IMG/VR virus record: IMGVR_UViG_2923098224_000002
Span: 31,541 to 95,540 of that record
Reading direction: 5' to 3' (one strand)
Length of the DNA stretch: 64,000 nt
From: a virus
Lineage: Duplodnaviria > Caudoviricetes
Shown: positions 7,832-18,262 of the stretch, one piece after another
Layout: the number at the start of each line of letters is the position of its first letter
How positions within the stretch are numbered: position 1 is the stretch's first letter
The notes under the pieces: model-generated
Seen by the model: only the letters and a program-made list of their open reading frames with translations
Told to the model about the DNA's origin: nothing
Database searches by the model: none
Translations under genes and position numbers: made by a program

Positions 7832-8540
7832 GAGGCGTTTTAGAATGCATCCCGATTTGGCAGAAAAGGTAACTAGTAGAGGAACCAGGTACTATGAGTC
7901 TCACTCGGGACAGGTGATCGCAAAAGCTTGCAGGAGGTGCGGTGATGTTTTTGCTCTCACTGATTTCCGAAAATCCCAAGGATTTGCCGGACGTAGTTCG
8001 GAATGTAACTACTGTAAATTGAAGAGGGACGCCGAATACAGAACGAAAAACAAACAAAAAAGAGCTGAATACAGCCGAGCATACTGCTCTGCCCGCAAAG
8101 AGCATTACGCAATACTGAAGAAGAGATGGCAAAAGAAAAACTCAATAAGCATTATTCTACAGAATCAAAAAAGGCGCGCTAAAGTTAAAGACCTTCCAAA
8201 TGACTTAACTCAGGCAGATAAACTCAAGATACAAGATTACTTTGGCGGATGTGCCTTAACTGGAAAATCTTCAAATATACATTGGGATCACGTAATACCG
8301 CTGAGTACAGGATTCGGAGGAACAACAAAAGGAAACATGATCCCACTTAGCTCGGAACTAAATATTAGTAAATATAACTCAAATATCTTTGAGTGGTTTG
8401 AGGCTAATAAAGATCGATTTAATTTGTCGTCAGTAAAGTTTGACAACTTAATAAGCTATTTAGCCAAAGTTAATTGTATGAGTGTAGAAGAGTACAGCAG
8501 ATATTACAACTCTTGTTTTAATAAGTCCCAACAGAGCTAA
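7812..8540 (+). CDS. HNH endonuclease with N-terminal CxxC zinc motifs
   Basis: CRRC...CNYC; CALTG...HWDHVIPLSTGFGG...N...N; true start probably ATG 7845 (AGGAGG RBS). Confidence 0.82.
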   Translation: MSRLPNRRRFRMHPDLAEKVTSRGTRYYESHSGQVIAKACRRCGDVFALTDFRKSQGFAGRSSECNYCKLKRDAEYRTKNKQKRAEYSRAYCSARKEHYAILKKRWQKKNSISIILQNQKRRAKVKDLPNDLTQADKLKIQDYFGGCALTGKSSNIHWDHVIPLSTGFGGTTKGNMIPLSSELNISKYNSNIFEWFEANKDRFNLSSVKFDNLISYLAKVNCMSVEEYSRYYNSCFNKSQQS

Positions 8541-8566
8541 TAGAGTTAATTAAAGGAGGAAAATGA

Positions 8567-8821
8567 ATGGCGGACAAACGCGAATCAACAGGAATGAATA
8601 ACAGGAACGGAGTTATCCTCGGGTATCATAATCCGAATTTCAGCCTAGAATCTAAAACCGGAAATATCTACTCAACGGGTGACATCAACGTAAAAGTAGC
8701 CGTAGATGTATCCGAAGCTATTACCGCCCTCAAAGCGCTTCAACGCGAAGCAAAGGCGGCGACACAGGCGCTAGCTGAATTGCGGGAGGAGCAGGCGAAA
8801 CACGGAGGCGATCGCCTATGA
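8567..8821 (+). CDS. Hypothetical protein
   Basis: AAAGGAGG RBS. Confidence 0.65.
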   Translation: MADKRESTGMNNRNGVILGYHNPNFSLESKTGNIYSTGDINVKVAVDVSEAITALKALQREAKAATQALAELREEQAKHGGDRL

Positions 8822-9025
8822 CGAATAAGCAAACGGAATCCCACTGCGCCCCGTCTAATTGTTCGCGCCATTTCGAAGTTTGCGAATGCAAGTCGATGTG
8901 TCTGCTGCGGTATGGAGCCGAAATACGGAAGCGGCAGGAAGAAGTCGGAGCTGCAGTCGGCATATACGAAAAAAGACGAGCACACCTACGTTGGCTGCGG
9001 CTCAAACGTTGGGGCGCCCGTCGTC

Positions 9026-9574
9026 TTATAGATTAACATTCGCGTATACTTCGTCGATCCGGTCCTGATTGATTCCGATATATCTCAACGTGACCGACTG
9101 CTTCGAGTGGTTGAAAATCGATTGAAGTAGCGTAAGATCTGTGCCGTTCTTGTACGCGTGGTAGCCGAAAGTCTTACGCAACGAATGGCAGCCGATTGTG
9201 CCGAGCTTCTCTGAAAGGCCTGCGCGCTCAATAGCTTCGTTAAGAATCCCGTAAGCACGGACGCGGGTAATAGCTTTCGAACCTTTCCGAGAAGGGAAAA
9301 GCCAGTCGTCGTCGTTTGCTTCGGCCGGAATCAGGTCAGCAACGGCTTTCTTGATTGCGGCATTGAAGAAGAAACGTTTTGACTTCTTCGTTTTCCCTTC
9401 CGTAATCGCAACGAAGTCCTTTCCGCGCACATCACCGACTTTGAGTGCGAGTATATCGGAAATACGTAGGCCGGAATTAATGCCGAGCGTAAATAAAAGC
9501 AGATCACGCCCGCGAAGGGCTTTTTTTATTGCGTTTATTTGGCGTTTTTCTCTAATCGGTTGGACTTCGTTCAT
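9026..9574 (-). CDS. Short tyrosine recombinase (catalytic domain only)
   Basis: GLRISDIL, HSLRKTFGY, FNHS...TLRY. Confidence 0.9.
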   Translation of the reverse strand: MNEVQPIREKRQINAIKKALRGRDLLLFTLGINSGLRISDILALKVGDVRGKDFVAITEGKTKKSKRFFFNAAIKKAVADLIPAEANDDDWLFPSRKGSKAITRVRAYGILNEAIERAGLSEKLGTIGCHSLRKTFGYHAYKNGTDLTLLQSIFNHSKQSVTLRYIGINQDRIDEVYANVNL

Positions 9575-9656
9575 GCGAACTTCACTCCGTTCTCAATATG
9601 TTAAATTCATATTAACGAAATTAAAAACGAAAGTCAAGCGAAAGGAGGGCGATAAT

Positions 9657-11411
9657 TTGGCGTATATTAACGGGAAATGGTTGGATCGTGAAGAGCGGCA
9701 AGAACGTATCGACTTATTGATCGAGAGTGTGCGTCGATTAGCGGCCCTCATTAAAGCGAAAAAAGCCACCGATTACCATATCGATATGTTCCGGAAGAAC
9801 AAGGCCGAATTAATTAAGCTGAAGCGTGTTCATCGTGCCGAGGTGGATATCGCATATTTCACCTACGAGTATTTGAGCGACGGCCTAAATCCGGAAAACG
9901 AGGATAATGTCGTAAGGAACTCGGATGACGGGACGCCTCACGATGGCATTGAAGATATCGCAAAGATACACGAAGAGTTTTTCGAGCTTTGCGATTACGT
10001 CAACGAAGAGAAAAGGAACGCGCGGCTTGCAATCGCGGCTGCTCGGGGCCACTCGAAATCCGGTATGTTTTCGAACGCCTTGCCGTTACATCAGGCGGCT
10101 TACAGAAAACGCAAATATATTCTTGTCATATCAGAGACGGATTCGCTCTCGAAAAAGCTTATCGGATGGGTTAACAAGCAGATGAAGTTTAACGCTAAAC
10201 TGCGGGAAGACTTCGGCCCTATGATGCACGAGTCGGCGAGCCGCAACGAAAAGGATAACGAAGAGGCGTTCATTACCACGACGAATATCCTTATCGAGTC
10301 GTCATCTTCCGGTAAGCAGCTTCGCGGTAAGCGTCACGGAGCTGTCCGGCCGGATCTCGTAATAATTGACGACCCGTCATCGACAAACAACGAAGGAACC
10401 AAGGAAGCACGTGAAAAGCTCGTTCATTGGTTTAACTCGGTCGTTGTTCCGATCGGGTCTAAGGCGACGGCAATCGTGTTAGTCGGGACAATGGTTTCGG
10501 CGACCGGGCTTCTTAACCACGTTCTGAAGCGTAAGGATTTCAAGGCGAGCTTTCACGGAGCGATCATAAGCGAGCCAACACACCCGGAATTATGGGACAA
10601 ATACTGCGAGGTCTATGCGAGAGCAGAAACGATCGAAGAGGCTGACGAATTTTACGAAGCGCATAAAGAGGCGTTGGAGGACGGCGTCGAACTGGCGTGG
10701 CCTTGGCGCTGGACCTATCGCGAGCTTATGCACGAAAAAGTAAACATGGGAACGCGTGCATACAATTCGGAATTCCGAAACTTGGCTTTCAGTGAAGACG
10801 AGCAGTTCTTTTTCCCGGAGAATTACGCTTATTACCACTACTACCACGAGAACGGAACTGCCCATGTCGTATATAACGAATTGAAAATACCGATCAGCGA
10901 TCTTTTGATCGTCGGTGCGTGGGATATCGCGCAAGGAAAAAATGCGCGGTCCTGCTATAACTCGGTTATTACCCTCGGTAAACACGAGCCGACCGGCTAT
11001 ATTTTCGTACTGGACGAATACGCGTCGAAGGAACCGGCGCACGTATACATTGACGTCATTATTCGGAAGATCAAACAATACCGGCATCGTTCCTTCAACG
11101 TCGAAACAATAAACGCGCAGCACGAATACTATCGTCAGCTTCAGGAGCGGGTCCGGCAGGAAGGTCTTTATACGTGCCGCGTGAACGATGTGAAATCGCA
11201 TAAGTCTTCGAAAGACGAGCGTATTCAGTCGATGGAACCGATGCTGCATAACAAAACGCTGATTCTGAACGATAGGCACACGATGCTGCTCGATCAGATG
11301 GCGCAGTATCCTTTCGGCGATTACGTTGATTCACTCGACGCGCTTCAGCAGGCGCTCGAATCCGTATTCAGGCCGAAAACAAGGCTGGTGAAGAAGCCGG
11401 GATGGCTATAA
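9657..11411 (+). CDS. terL: Terminase large subunit
   Basis: TTG start after AAAGGAGG; Walker A ARGHSKS, Walker B VIIDD, nuclease WD and DSLDA. Confidence 0.92.
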   Translation: MAYINGKWLDREERQERIDLLIESVRRLAALIKAKKATDYHIDMFRKNKAELIKLKRVHRAEVDIAYFTYEYLSDGLNPENEDNVVRNSDDGTPHDGIEDIAKIHEEFFELCDYVNEEKRNARLAIAAARGHSKSGMFSNALPLHQAAYRKRKYILVISETDSLSKKLIGWVNKQMKFNAKLREDFGPMMHESASRNEKDNEEAFITTTNILIESSSSGKQLRGKRHGAVRPDLVIIDDPSSTNNEGTKEAREKLVHWFNSVVVPIGSKATAIVLVGTMVSATGLLNHVLKRKDFKASFHGAIISEPTHPELWDKYCEVYARAETIEEADEFYEAHKEALEDGVELAWPWRWTYRELMHEKVNMGTRAYNSEFRNLAFSEDEQFFFPENYAYYHYYHENGTAHVVYNELKIPISDLLIVGAWDIAQGKNARSCYNSVITLGKHEPTGYIFVLDEYASKEPAHVYIDVIIRKIKQYRHRSFNVETINAQHEYYRQLQERVRQEGLYTCRVNDVKSHKSSKDERIQSMEPMLHNKTLILNDRHTMLLDQMAQYPFGDYVDSLDALQQALESVFRPKTRLVKKPGWL

Positions 11412-11427
11412 GAAAGGAGGCGATAAA

Positions 11428-11859
11428 ATGTCGCGTATGAAAGAGCTTGAAGCAAAACTAACGCTTCAGCAACGTAAGGCAGCGCAAGTCGTTGCGAGTA
11501 ATGAAGTCACGCCCGAAGACGGGAACAAACGAAGTCAGGACGCGCTGGCCGAAGAAATCGGGGTAAGTCGTATGACGCTCTATCGATGGCGGTTTCAAAA
11601 TCCGATATTCATCGAATACATGAACCTATTAGCGGACGACATGCTTTCCGGGCACCGGTCCGAAGTATACGGGCAGCTCCTAAAGCTGATAAAAGGACCG
11701 CAGCCTTCAGTTAAAGCTATCGACTTGTTCATGCGTCGTCATGGCTTACTGACCGATCGTCAGATAACGACCAATGAAGCAGACGGAGGCGCCCGCAGTA
11801 ACGAAGATATCGAGAAGGAACTCGAAGAACTGGCTGACATTATCGGAGAGGAGGAATAG
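11428..11859 (+). CDS. Probable terminase small subunit (HTH)
   Basis: SQDALAEEIGVSRMTLYRW HTH; lies between terL and portal. Confidence 0.7.
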   Translation: MSRMKELEAKLTLQQRKAAQVVASNEVTPEDGNKRSQDALAEEIGVSRMTLYRWRFQNPIFIEYMNLLADDMLSGHRSEVYGQLLKLIKGPQPSVKAIDLFMRRHGLLTDRQITTNEADGGARSNEDIEKELEELADIIGEEE

Positions 11860-11861
11860 CG

Positions 11862-13493
11862 TTGGGGTTTTTCAATTTACTAAAGAAACACGACCAGCCT
11901 TCGGATGAGTACACGGTTAGAAAGACGTACAGCATCATTCGGGAAGGCGCGCAATTTCCTCCGGACGATTCAATCAAGAGGTTGGCGAAATATAAACGTA
12001 TGCGTAAGCTCTTCGAAGGAAATCACCGAGACGTATACGAAAGGGCTGCGGACATTTTAAAAGATTCGCCACAAGCGAAACAGCTCGAAAAGCTCTACAT
12101 CGCTATCAATCTCGCGGATATTTTGGTAACGAAGCCTGCGGATCTGTTGGTAGGAGAACCGGTTCACTTTGAGAGCGGACTGGACGACACTAGCGAAGAG
12201 CAAAAGGCGCTCAACCGATATGTAGAAGAAAACGATCTCAATCAACTGCTGCACGAGAGCGCCATGTCGAACGGATATCGCGGTGACGCGTGGATTAAGG
12301 TTCGATTTGGCTACCGCCAAGACTATTCCGAACTTATCGCGAGGGGCTTAGAGATTCCAGAAGATGCGAAAATGGAGTCCGTTGTTGAGCATGTTAATGC
12401 GAATAGCGTTTTCCCTGAGTTTTCAGCCGGGAACGTTAAGCAGATCAAAGCGGTCAATATAGCCCAAGTCGAATGGGTAGAGACGGAGCAGACGGAAATT
12501 CCTTTCCTAAACGTAGAGCGCCATATACCGGGACACATCTTCTATACGCGCTACAGACTATATCAGAATGGCGTCGATGTTTCAGGTGGCGCCCCAATCA
12601 GCGTTTTCAATATAGGCGAAGAGGTGCCGACGGGCCGCGAAGAAGACCACGAAGAAACATTCCTCCCGCACATTCCGGTATTTCACATCCCGTACAAGTC
12701 TATTGATGACAGTTATTTCGGTATTGGTGGATTGGAGAAGATTGAAACGGTATTCGCAGCGATCAACGACCGGCTTGTTCAGATCGATTATATTCTTTGG
12801 AAACACAGTGACCCCACAGCGTACGGTCCGGATTTAGAATCAACTAACGGAGCCGTTCAGTTTGGTGGCAAATACATTCCGGTAAATAAAGACGACCCAA
12901 CGCCCGGATATATGGTGTGGCAGGCTCAGCTTGATGCCGCGTTCAAACAGCTCGACATGCTATTGAGTATTGTCTTTCAGATGTCTGAGACTCCGCAATG
13001 GCTTTTCGGAACAACAATGTCCGGAGACAATTCAGGCGGAACAGGCACGTCGCATACAGACGGTGCGGCGATCAAAGCTCGCTTCATGCCGATTCTTTCG
13101 AAGGTAAAGCGGATACGGGCGCACTATGACCGAGCGGTAAGAGACGCCCTTTGGACGTGTATGCTGCTCGAAAAAGCAGTCGGTGTCATCGACGTTGAAA
13201 ATGCGGTTTATCCACGGGCTATTTGGAGCGATGGACTTCCGAAGAATGAAAAAGAGCTCGCTGAAATTATGCAAATCCGTACAGGCGGCAAGCCTACGAT
13301 TGACGTTCGTGGAGCCATTAAGCAGCAGGACGACGTGGACGACGAGAAAGCTGACGAAGTCATTCGCCGCATTGAAGAAGACGAAAAAACGACGAGCGGC
13401 TTTGTTGACGGATCGATTTTCAATAAGGAAGGACCGGAAAATAGCCACTCAGACGAGGATAAAGAGGAAATCGCAGAGGAGGACGGTAGTTAA
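11862..13493 (+). CDS. Portal protein (SPP1 gp6-like)
   Basis: Position, 543 aa, acidic tail. Confidence 0.85.
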   Translation: MGFFNLLKKHDQPSDEYTVRKTYSIIREGAQFPPDDSIKRLAKYKRMRKLFEGNHRDVYERAADILKDSPQAKQLEKLYIAINLADILVTKPADLLVGEPVHFESGLDDTSEEQKALNRYVEENDLNQLLHESAMSNGYRGDAWIKVRFGYRQDYSELIARGLEIPEDAKMESVVEHVNANSVFPEFSAGNVKQIKAVNIAQVEWVETEQTEIPFLNVERHIPGHIFYTRYRLYQNGVDVSGGAPISVFNIGEEVPTGREEDHEETFLPHIPVFHIPYKSIDDSYFGIGGLEKIETVFAAINDRLVQIDYILWKHSDPTAYGPDLESTNGAVQFGGKYIPVNKDDPTPGYMVWQAQLDAAFKQLDMLLSIVFQMSETPQWLFGTTMSGDNSGGTGTSHTDGAAIKARFMPILSKVKRIRAHYDRAVRDALWTCMLLEKAVGVIDVENAVYPRAIWSDGLPKNEKELAEIMQIRTGGKPTIDVRGAIKQQDDVDDEKADEVIRRIEEDEKTTSGFVDGSIFNKEGPENSHSDEDKEEIAEEDGS

Positions 13494-14317
13494 TGCCTCG
13501 TTCTCCTGAGCCTCAATACGATTATCAGACGAATCGGCTTGCCGGATATTATCAGGAAGCGATACAAGACATCCTGACCGAGCTTGAACGAATTGACCTC
13601 GATAATTTTCGAAGGGCTAACGCGTTGGCGACCTTGAAATCTATTAGCGAGATCCTCAGCGATTTAGACGAAAAATCTTCCGCATGGGTCAAAAAGAATG
13701 TTCCGAAGGCGGCCACCGATGGTATTGCGCGAGCACTGGTCGCTCTTGACGTAGCAAAGACGGTAGCTGACGCAGAAAAAATCGTTGCTTTTAACGAGGT
13801 AAACAAGTACATGGTTGCGGCGGCTGTAGCGGATACGCAGTCGGATTTATTAGCGATTACGCAAAACGTCGATAGGAAGACGCGGGCTGCCGTCAGGAAA
13901 GCCGTTTCGGATTCGATGCGGCTTAATATGACCAAAGGGACGAACGGACGGCGCAGCATAACGGATCTGGTGCGCAAGTCTCTTCGAGCTTCAGTGAGTA
14001 CCGGCATTATTGATGCGAGGGGGAATCGATGGAAGCCGGAAGTGTATGCGGATATGGTTGTCCGTACAAAGATGATGGAAACCTATCGGGAGGCCCATAC
14101 GAATGAGGCGGTAAGTCGTGGCGCATATTATGCGCAAATTTCGTCGCACGGAGCGAAGGATCTATGCCGTCTCCACGAGGGACAAATCATTAAGCTGACT
14201 GACGATGCTCCCGGCAATTATCCGACATATGACGAACTCAAAGCGACCGGGGAGATATTTCACCCGCGTTGTAAGCACGTAATTTCTACAATAAGAAACC
14301 CATCAAGCGCCGTGTAG
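13493..14317 (+). CDS. Minor capsid protein
   Basis: D.RG.RW...YADMV.RT and FHPRCKH motifs. Confidence 0.8.
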   Translation: MPRSPEPQYDYQTNRLAGYYQEAIQDILTELERIDLDNFRRANALATLKSISEILSDLDEKSSAWVKKNVPKAATDGIARALVALDVAKTVADAEKIVAFNEVNKYMVAAAVADTQSDLLAITQNVDRKTRAAVRKAVSDSMRLNMTKGTNGRRSITDLVRKSLRASVSTGIIDARGNRWKPEVYADMVVRTKMMETYREAHTNEAVSRGAYYAQISSHGAKDLCRLHEGQIIKLTDDAPGNYPTYDELKATGEIFHPRCKHVISTIRNPSSAV

Positions 14318-14407
14318 CGCTTTTTTATTTTGTCCGAACGTTATGACGTTAAAAGAAACGGCTGCATCACTCAATAGCCGACGGGCTTTAAGCGGTGGAG
14401 GGACTGT

Positions 14408-15079
14408 ATGAGCGAAGAACTTAAAGAAACGCAAACAAGTGAGGTTACCGATCAAACTACGGCTGAGGTGCCGGAAAATAAACCTGAAGTGCAGACGGTG
14501 ACTATGACGCAAGAGGAATTTAACGCTGTAATTGCTCGCGAAAAGGGGCGCGTTAAGAACAAGTATGCTGACTATGACGAAGTGAAAGCGAAACTCAGCG
14601 ACTACGAAAAAGCCCAGAAAGAACGCGAAGAAGCAGAACTGACCGAGCTGGAAAAGCTTACGAAACAGCTCGATGAAAAGGCCGAAGCTGAAGCCACCTA
14701 CGTTAAGCAGATTGAAGATTTAAAAGCGGCTGCTGAACAGGAAAAAGTGGCGAACGAATTTATCAAGGTTGCTACGAGCAACGGCATCGCCTACATTGAC
14801 GACGCTTTACGTCTGGCTGACCTATCCGCGGTAAAGGTTGAGGACGGAAAAGTAATCGGCATGGAGGACGTTGTAAAGGGGCTCGTTGACAATAAACCAT
14901 ACTTGGTTGCGAAACAGCAAACGCTGAAGCCGATCGGCCAACCCTCTAATAGCGGAGGAGACGGAGACGGCGGAGAAATCAAGACGTTAGAAGCGCAGCT
15001 AAGCGAAGCAAGGAAAGAAAAGAATTTTTCGAAGGTTATCGAGCTTTCAAACAAATTGAAATCACTTTTGAAGAAGTAG
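14408..15079 (+). CDS. Capsid scaffolding protein
   Basis: Coiled-coil, KYADYDE motif, upstream of capsid gene. Confidence 0.8.
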   Translation: MSEELKETQTSEVTDQTTAEVPENKPEVQTVTMTQEEFNAVIAREKGRVKNKYADYDEVKAKLSDYEKAQKEREEAELTELEKLTKQLDEKAEAEATYVKQIEDLKAAAEQEKVANEFIKVATSNGIAYIDDALRLADLSAVKVEDGKVIGMEDVVKGLVDNKPYLVAKQQTLKPIGQPSNSGGDGDGGEIKTLEAQLSEARKEKNFSKVIELSNKLKSLLKK

Positions 15080-15090
15080 GGGGAAAATAA

Positions 15091-16194
15091 ATGTTAACTA
15101 GTTACGATTTTAAAGATCAGGTACGGCAGCTTGATGCGGGAATTGAACTTATTATTCAGGATGAACCAACGTTGCTTGGTCTGATCGGCTTAAACGGAGA
15201 GGCACTTTATCAGACTAAATTCGAGTGGATGTCTGACCGACTGAACTCAAACCTCGCGACTGTTAAATCGGTAGCGGAAGACGGAAAAATTACTGTGGCG
15301 GAAGATGACGGGGAGAAGTTCCGTAAAGATGCCATCGTTGTTATTGGCGAAGAGTATCTGAAAGTCACAAACGTGTCCGGCGATGTGCTGACGGTTGTTC
15401 GCGGATTTGACGGAACAGTTCAAGAGGAAATCGAGGCGGGCTCTGAGCTGCGCATCGTTTCCCGTCCGCAAAATGAAGGCGCTGGTGTCGGTATCGATGA
15501 AGGTCATGACCGTTATGTAGATTACAACTTCACGCAAATTATCGAAAGGTATGCTGCTGTATCAAAAACCCAACAAGCGGTCCGCACACACAATGTGACG
15601 AGTGAGCTTGACTACCAAGTAAAGCTACGTCTTAAAGAGATGGCGCGGGAATTTAACGACTGGTTGATCTATGGCCGCAGAATTGACGGTAAGCCTCGTA
15701 CAACGGGTGGTCTTCTACACTTCGCTAGCTTGAAAAATGCTACTAGAGCTAACTTAAAAGGCGCAGAGGTTGGAGCTAAGGCAATTAACGATGTTATGGA
15801 ACAAGTTTATTTAAGAGGCGGATCTGCTAACACGATTCTCACCAATACTGCGGGAGCTCGTCAAATTTCAAAATTGGCGAAAGATACTATCCGCACAGAG
15901 AGAACGGACACAGTTACAGGCCACAGAGTGAGCACCTTTGTTTCTGACATGGTAGGCGGAGGCGAGGCGACTGTAATCGTCGATCCAAACTTCCCTAAGA
16001 ACAAAATCGCTTTGTTTGACCGTAACATTCTCTCTCTGCATCCATTGAGCGAGCGCTCTGTCTACGACGAGGATGCCACAGTTCCGGGAGCTGACTTTGT
16101 TGCGCGCCAGATCCGTGGCGAATACGGAATCAAGATCAAAAACGCGAACGAAAAAATCGCCATCCTCGAAAATATCTCGACAACTGTATCTTAA
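15091..16194 (+). CDS. Major capsid protein (DUF5309-like)
   Basis: FEWMSD, NFTQII, RTTGGL, GEYG motifs; followed by terminator. Confidence 0.85.
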   Translation: MLTSYDFKDQVRQLDAGIELIIQDEPTLLGLIGLNGEALYQTKFEWMSDRLNSNLATVKSVAEDGKITVAEDDGEKFRKDAIVVIGEEYLKVTNVSGDVLTVVRGFDGTVQEEIEAGSELRIVSRPQNEGAGVGIDEGHDRYVDYNFTQIIERYAAVSKTQQAVRTHNVTSELDYQVKLRLKEMAREFNDWLIYGRRIDGKPRTTGGLLHFASLKNATRANLKGAEVGAKAINDVMEQVYLRGGSANTILTNTAGARQISKLAKDTIRTERTDTVTGHRVSTFVSDMVGGGEATVIVDPNFPKNKIALFDRNILSLHPLSERSVYDEDATVPGADFVARQIRGEYGIKIKNANEKIAILENISTTVS

Positions 16195-16244
16195 AGACAA
16201 TCGACGGGCTTCGGCCCGTCTTTTAATTTGAAAGGAGGCCAACA

Positions 16245-16481
16245 ATGGCAATTACAGATGAACAGAAACGGAGATTAAATGAATCTATGCCAGTCGCCAA
16301 CGATCTAAAGCTCGGTGACATCATTCAGGAGTTACAAGAAAGCGGTGGGACTGCCGGACCAAAAGGCGATCCCGGTCCGAAAGGCGACCCAGGACCAAAA
16401 GGAGCGGACGGGTTCGGTACCAAGGCGCAGTATGACGACATCATCGCGCGGCTTAAAGCGTTAGAGGGAGCTGGCTCGTAA
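16245..16481 (+). CDS. Collagen-repeat head fiber/decoration protein
   Basis: GPKGDP repeats. Confidence 0.7.
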   Translation: MAITDEQKRRLNESMPVANDLKLGDIIQELQESGGTAGPKGDPGPKGDPGPKGADGFGTKAQYDDIIARLKALEGAGS

Positions 16482-16483
16482 TA

Positions 16484-16702
16484 ATGGCCGTCTATAAGGC
16501 TTCTCCGTTTTATTCCGTAGGCACCGACCAGACGATTGTTTTCGACCACAAAGGCGTTTATGAAACCGATGTGCCTGCCGAAATCAAGCAGTTGAATGCA
16601 TTATGTCCGCGATGGATTAGCTGTATTGCGTCAGACGATGAGACGGAAAAGGCGGAGGCTAAGGCGCCGAAAAAGCCTGCACGTAAGTCCTCCGGAAAAT
16701 AA
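16484..16702 (+). CDS. Small head-associated protein
   Basis: Operon position; basic tail. Confidence 0.55.
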   Translation: MAVYKASPFYSVGTDQTIVFDHKGVYETDVPAEIKQLNALCPRWISCIASDDETEKAEAKAPKKPARKSSGK

Positions 16703-16715
16703 GGGGGCTGTGCGT

Positions 16716-17102
16716 ATGGCTTTAAGCGTAGAAGCTGCAAACGAATATATTAACCGAATGACAATCGATAACGAGGATTGGAACGACTATGACGACGCAA
16801 AGCAGCAGCGTGTACTAAACGTAGCCGAGGACGTCTTGGCTCGAAAGTTTCGTAAGTACGTCATTCCTGACGACGCAGTTTACGAGTTTACGAATGTGCT
16901 TGCGACTGCTTATAACGATACGAACCGCCTGAATAAGCATGGCATCGCGTCTTACTCAATCACCGGCGTCGGGTCGTTTACGTATAAGGAAACGCTTCGA
17001 GCTGACGATGAGTCTCTCATACCGAAAAAGACGATCGATCTGATCGAAGAAGCGAACGATGTGAAACTTAGCGGCCGGACCGTAAAAGCGACGGTGATGT
17101 AA
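16716..17102 (+). CDS. Head-tail adaptor
   Basis: MALSVEAANEY start with AGGGGG RBS; synteny. Confidence 0.7.
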   Translation: MALSVEAANEYINRMTIDNEDWNDYDDAKQQRVLNVAEDVLARKFRKYVIPDDAVYEFTNVLATAYNDTNRLNKHGIASYSITGVGSFTYKETLRADDESLIPKKTIDLIEEANDVKLSGRTVKATVM

Positions 17103-17438
17103 TTGGCGATCATACCGATGCGTCAGACCGTGACCGTTACTCGTGCTTCAGATGATATAGACGTGTGGGGAAACCCTGTGAGCGTCAAGCCGTTCGAAAT
17201 TAAGTGCCGAATCGACGAAGGATCTACTATTGCGAATTCACGTTCTTCCGGCGTTGTAAAGAGCGAGGAAGTCGTAGCTACGGCGCGTATATTGGTCGAT
17301 AAATTAGCCGACATCAGGTATACGGATACACTCGCATTCACGAACGAGTTGGGCGAAACCATTGAGCGTAAGCCGAAGGAAATAAACGTAAAGCGGCAAG
17401 TCAGTGGTAAGCCGATTCTGACCGAGGTAATCGTATGA
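17103..17438 (+). CDS. Head closure protein
   Basis: DVWGNP motif; synteny. Confidence 0.65.
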   Translation: MAIIPMRQTVTVTRASDDIDVWGNPVSVKPFEIKCRIDEGSTIANSRSSGVVKSEEVVATARILVDKLADIRYTDTLAFTNELGETIERKPKEINVKRQVSGKPILTEVIV

Positions 17439-17842
17439 GTTTTACGTTGGATGCTGGAGATTTTCTGTCGATGTTGGATAACCGAGAGGTAGCCGTTGAG
17501 CAGGCAGCAAAGACAGCGATGCATGATAACACGGATGACCTCGCTAGACTTGCGCAAAATATCGCTCCGATTGACAAAGCTACGCTCCGTCGAGGCATGA
17601 AGAAGAAGGTTACGTTAAAGCGGGATAGTCTGATCGGTGAAGTATCGTTCCGGGCCGTCGATAAAGGCTTTAACTATGCGCTATGGACGCACGAGGCGGA
17701 TTACAACCTCGGACCAGTTTCGGCAGGTGCAGGCGGCATCAACGGTTATCCGGTCGGAAATAAGTACCTAGAACGTCCGCTGAAAGGTGAATCGCAGAAA
17801 TACATTAATCACGTAGCAGACGCGGTGAGAAGGGAGTTGTGA
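17435..17842 (+). CDS. HK97 gp10-like tail completion protein
   Basis: APIDKATLR, NYA..HE, KYLERP motifs. Confidence 0.75.
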   Translation: MSFTLDAGDFLSMLDNREVAVEQAAKTAMHDNTDDLARLAQNIAPIDKATLRRGMKKKVTLKRDSLIGEVSFRAVDKGFNYALWTHEADYNLGPVSAGAGGINGYPVGNKYLERPLKGESQKYINHVADAVRREL

Positions 17843-17848
17843 TAATCG

Positions 17849-18238
17849 TTGAAGATAACCGAATTAATCTCGTTTATACAGTCGCGGGTTGACGGCGTTT
17901 ATTACGCGAACGGATTCCCGCGGAATGCGGCAGACGAATGTACTTATGTGCGCTTTACAGGCGGATTTCCTCCGTCTCAATGGACCGGAAAGAGTCAGCC
18001 GTCGTTTCAAATAATCGTACGAGGAAAGGCTCAAGGCGACGCTGATTGCGAAGAGAAAGCGTACCGGCTTCAGGAAGCGTTAACGAATCTCCGTGAAGTG
18101 TTTATCGGTAATAGCTCAATCGTTGTTATCCGCGCGGCCAATTCGGTGCCATTATTTATCGGATATGACGACAATGATCGTCCCCAATACTCGTTAAATT
18201 TCGATTGTGTAGTGCGCCCTAACCGGGCGCTTTTTTAA
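17849..18238 (+). CDS. Tail terminator
   Basis: PSFQIIVRG and IGYDDNDRP.YS.NF motifs. Confidence 0.7.
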   Translation: MKITELISFIQSRVDGVYYANGFPRNAADECTYVRFTGGFPPSQWTGKSQPSFQIIVRGKAQGDADCEEKAYRLQEALTNLREVFIGNSSIVVIRAANSVPLFIGYDDNDRPQYSLNFDCVVRPNRALF

Positions 18239-18262
18239 TGCAAAAATAAAGGAGGAAAACGG

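Noticed and set aside
9351-9656. N-terminal extension of terL in the ORF track (686 aa)
   Set aside because: Overlaps the recombinase antisense; a strong RBS precedes TTG 9657
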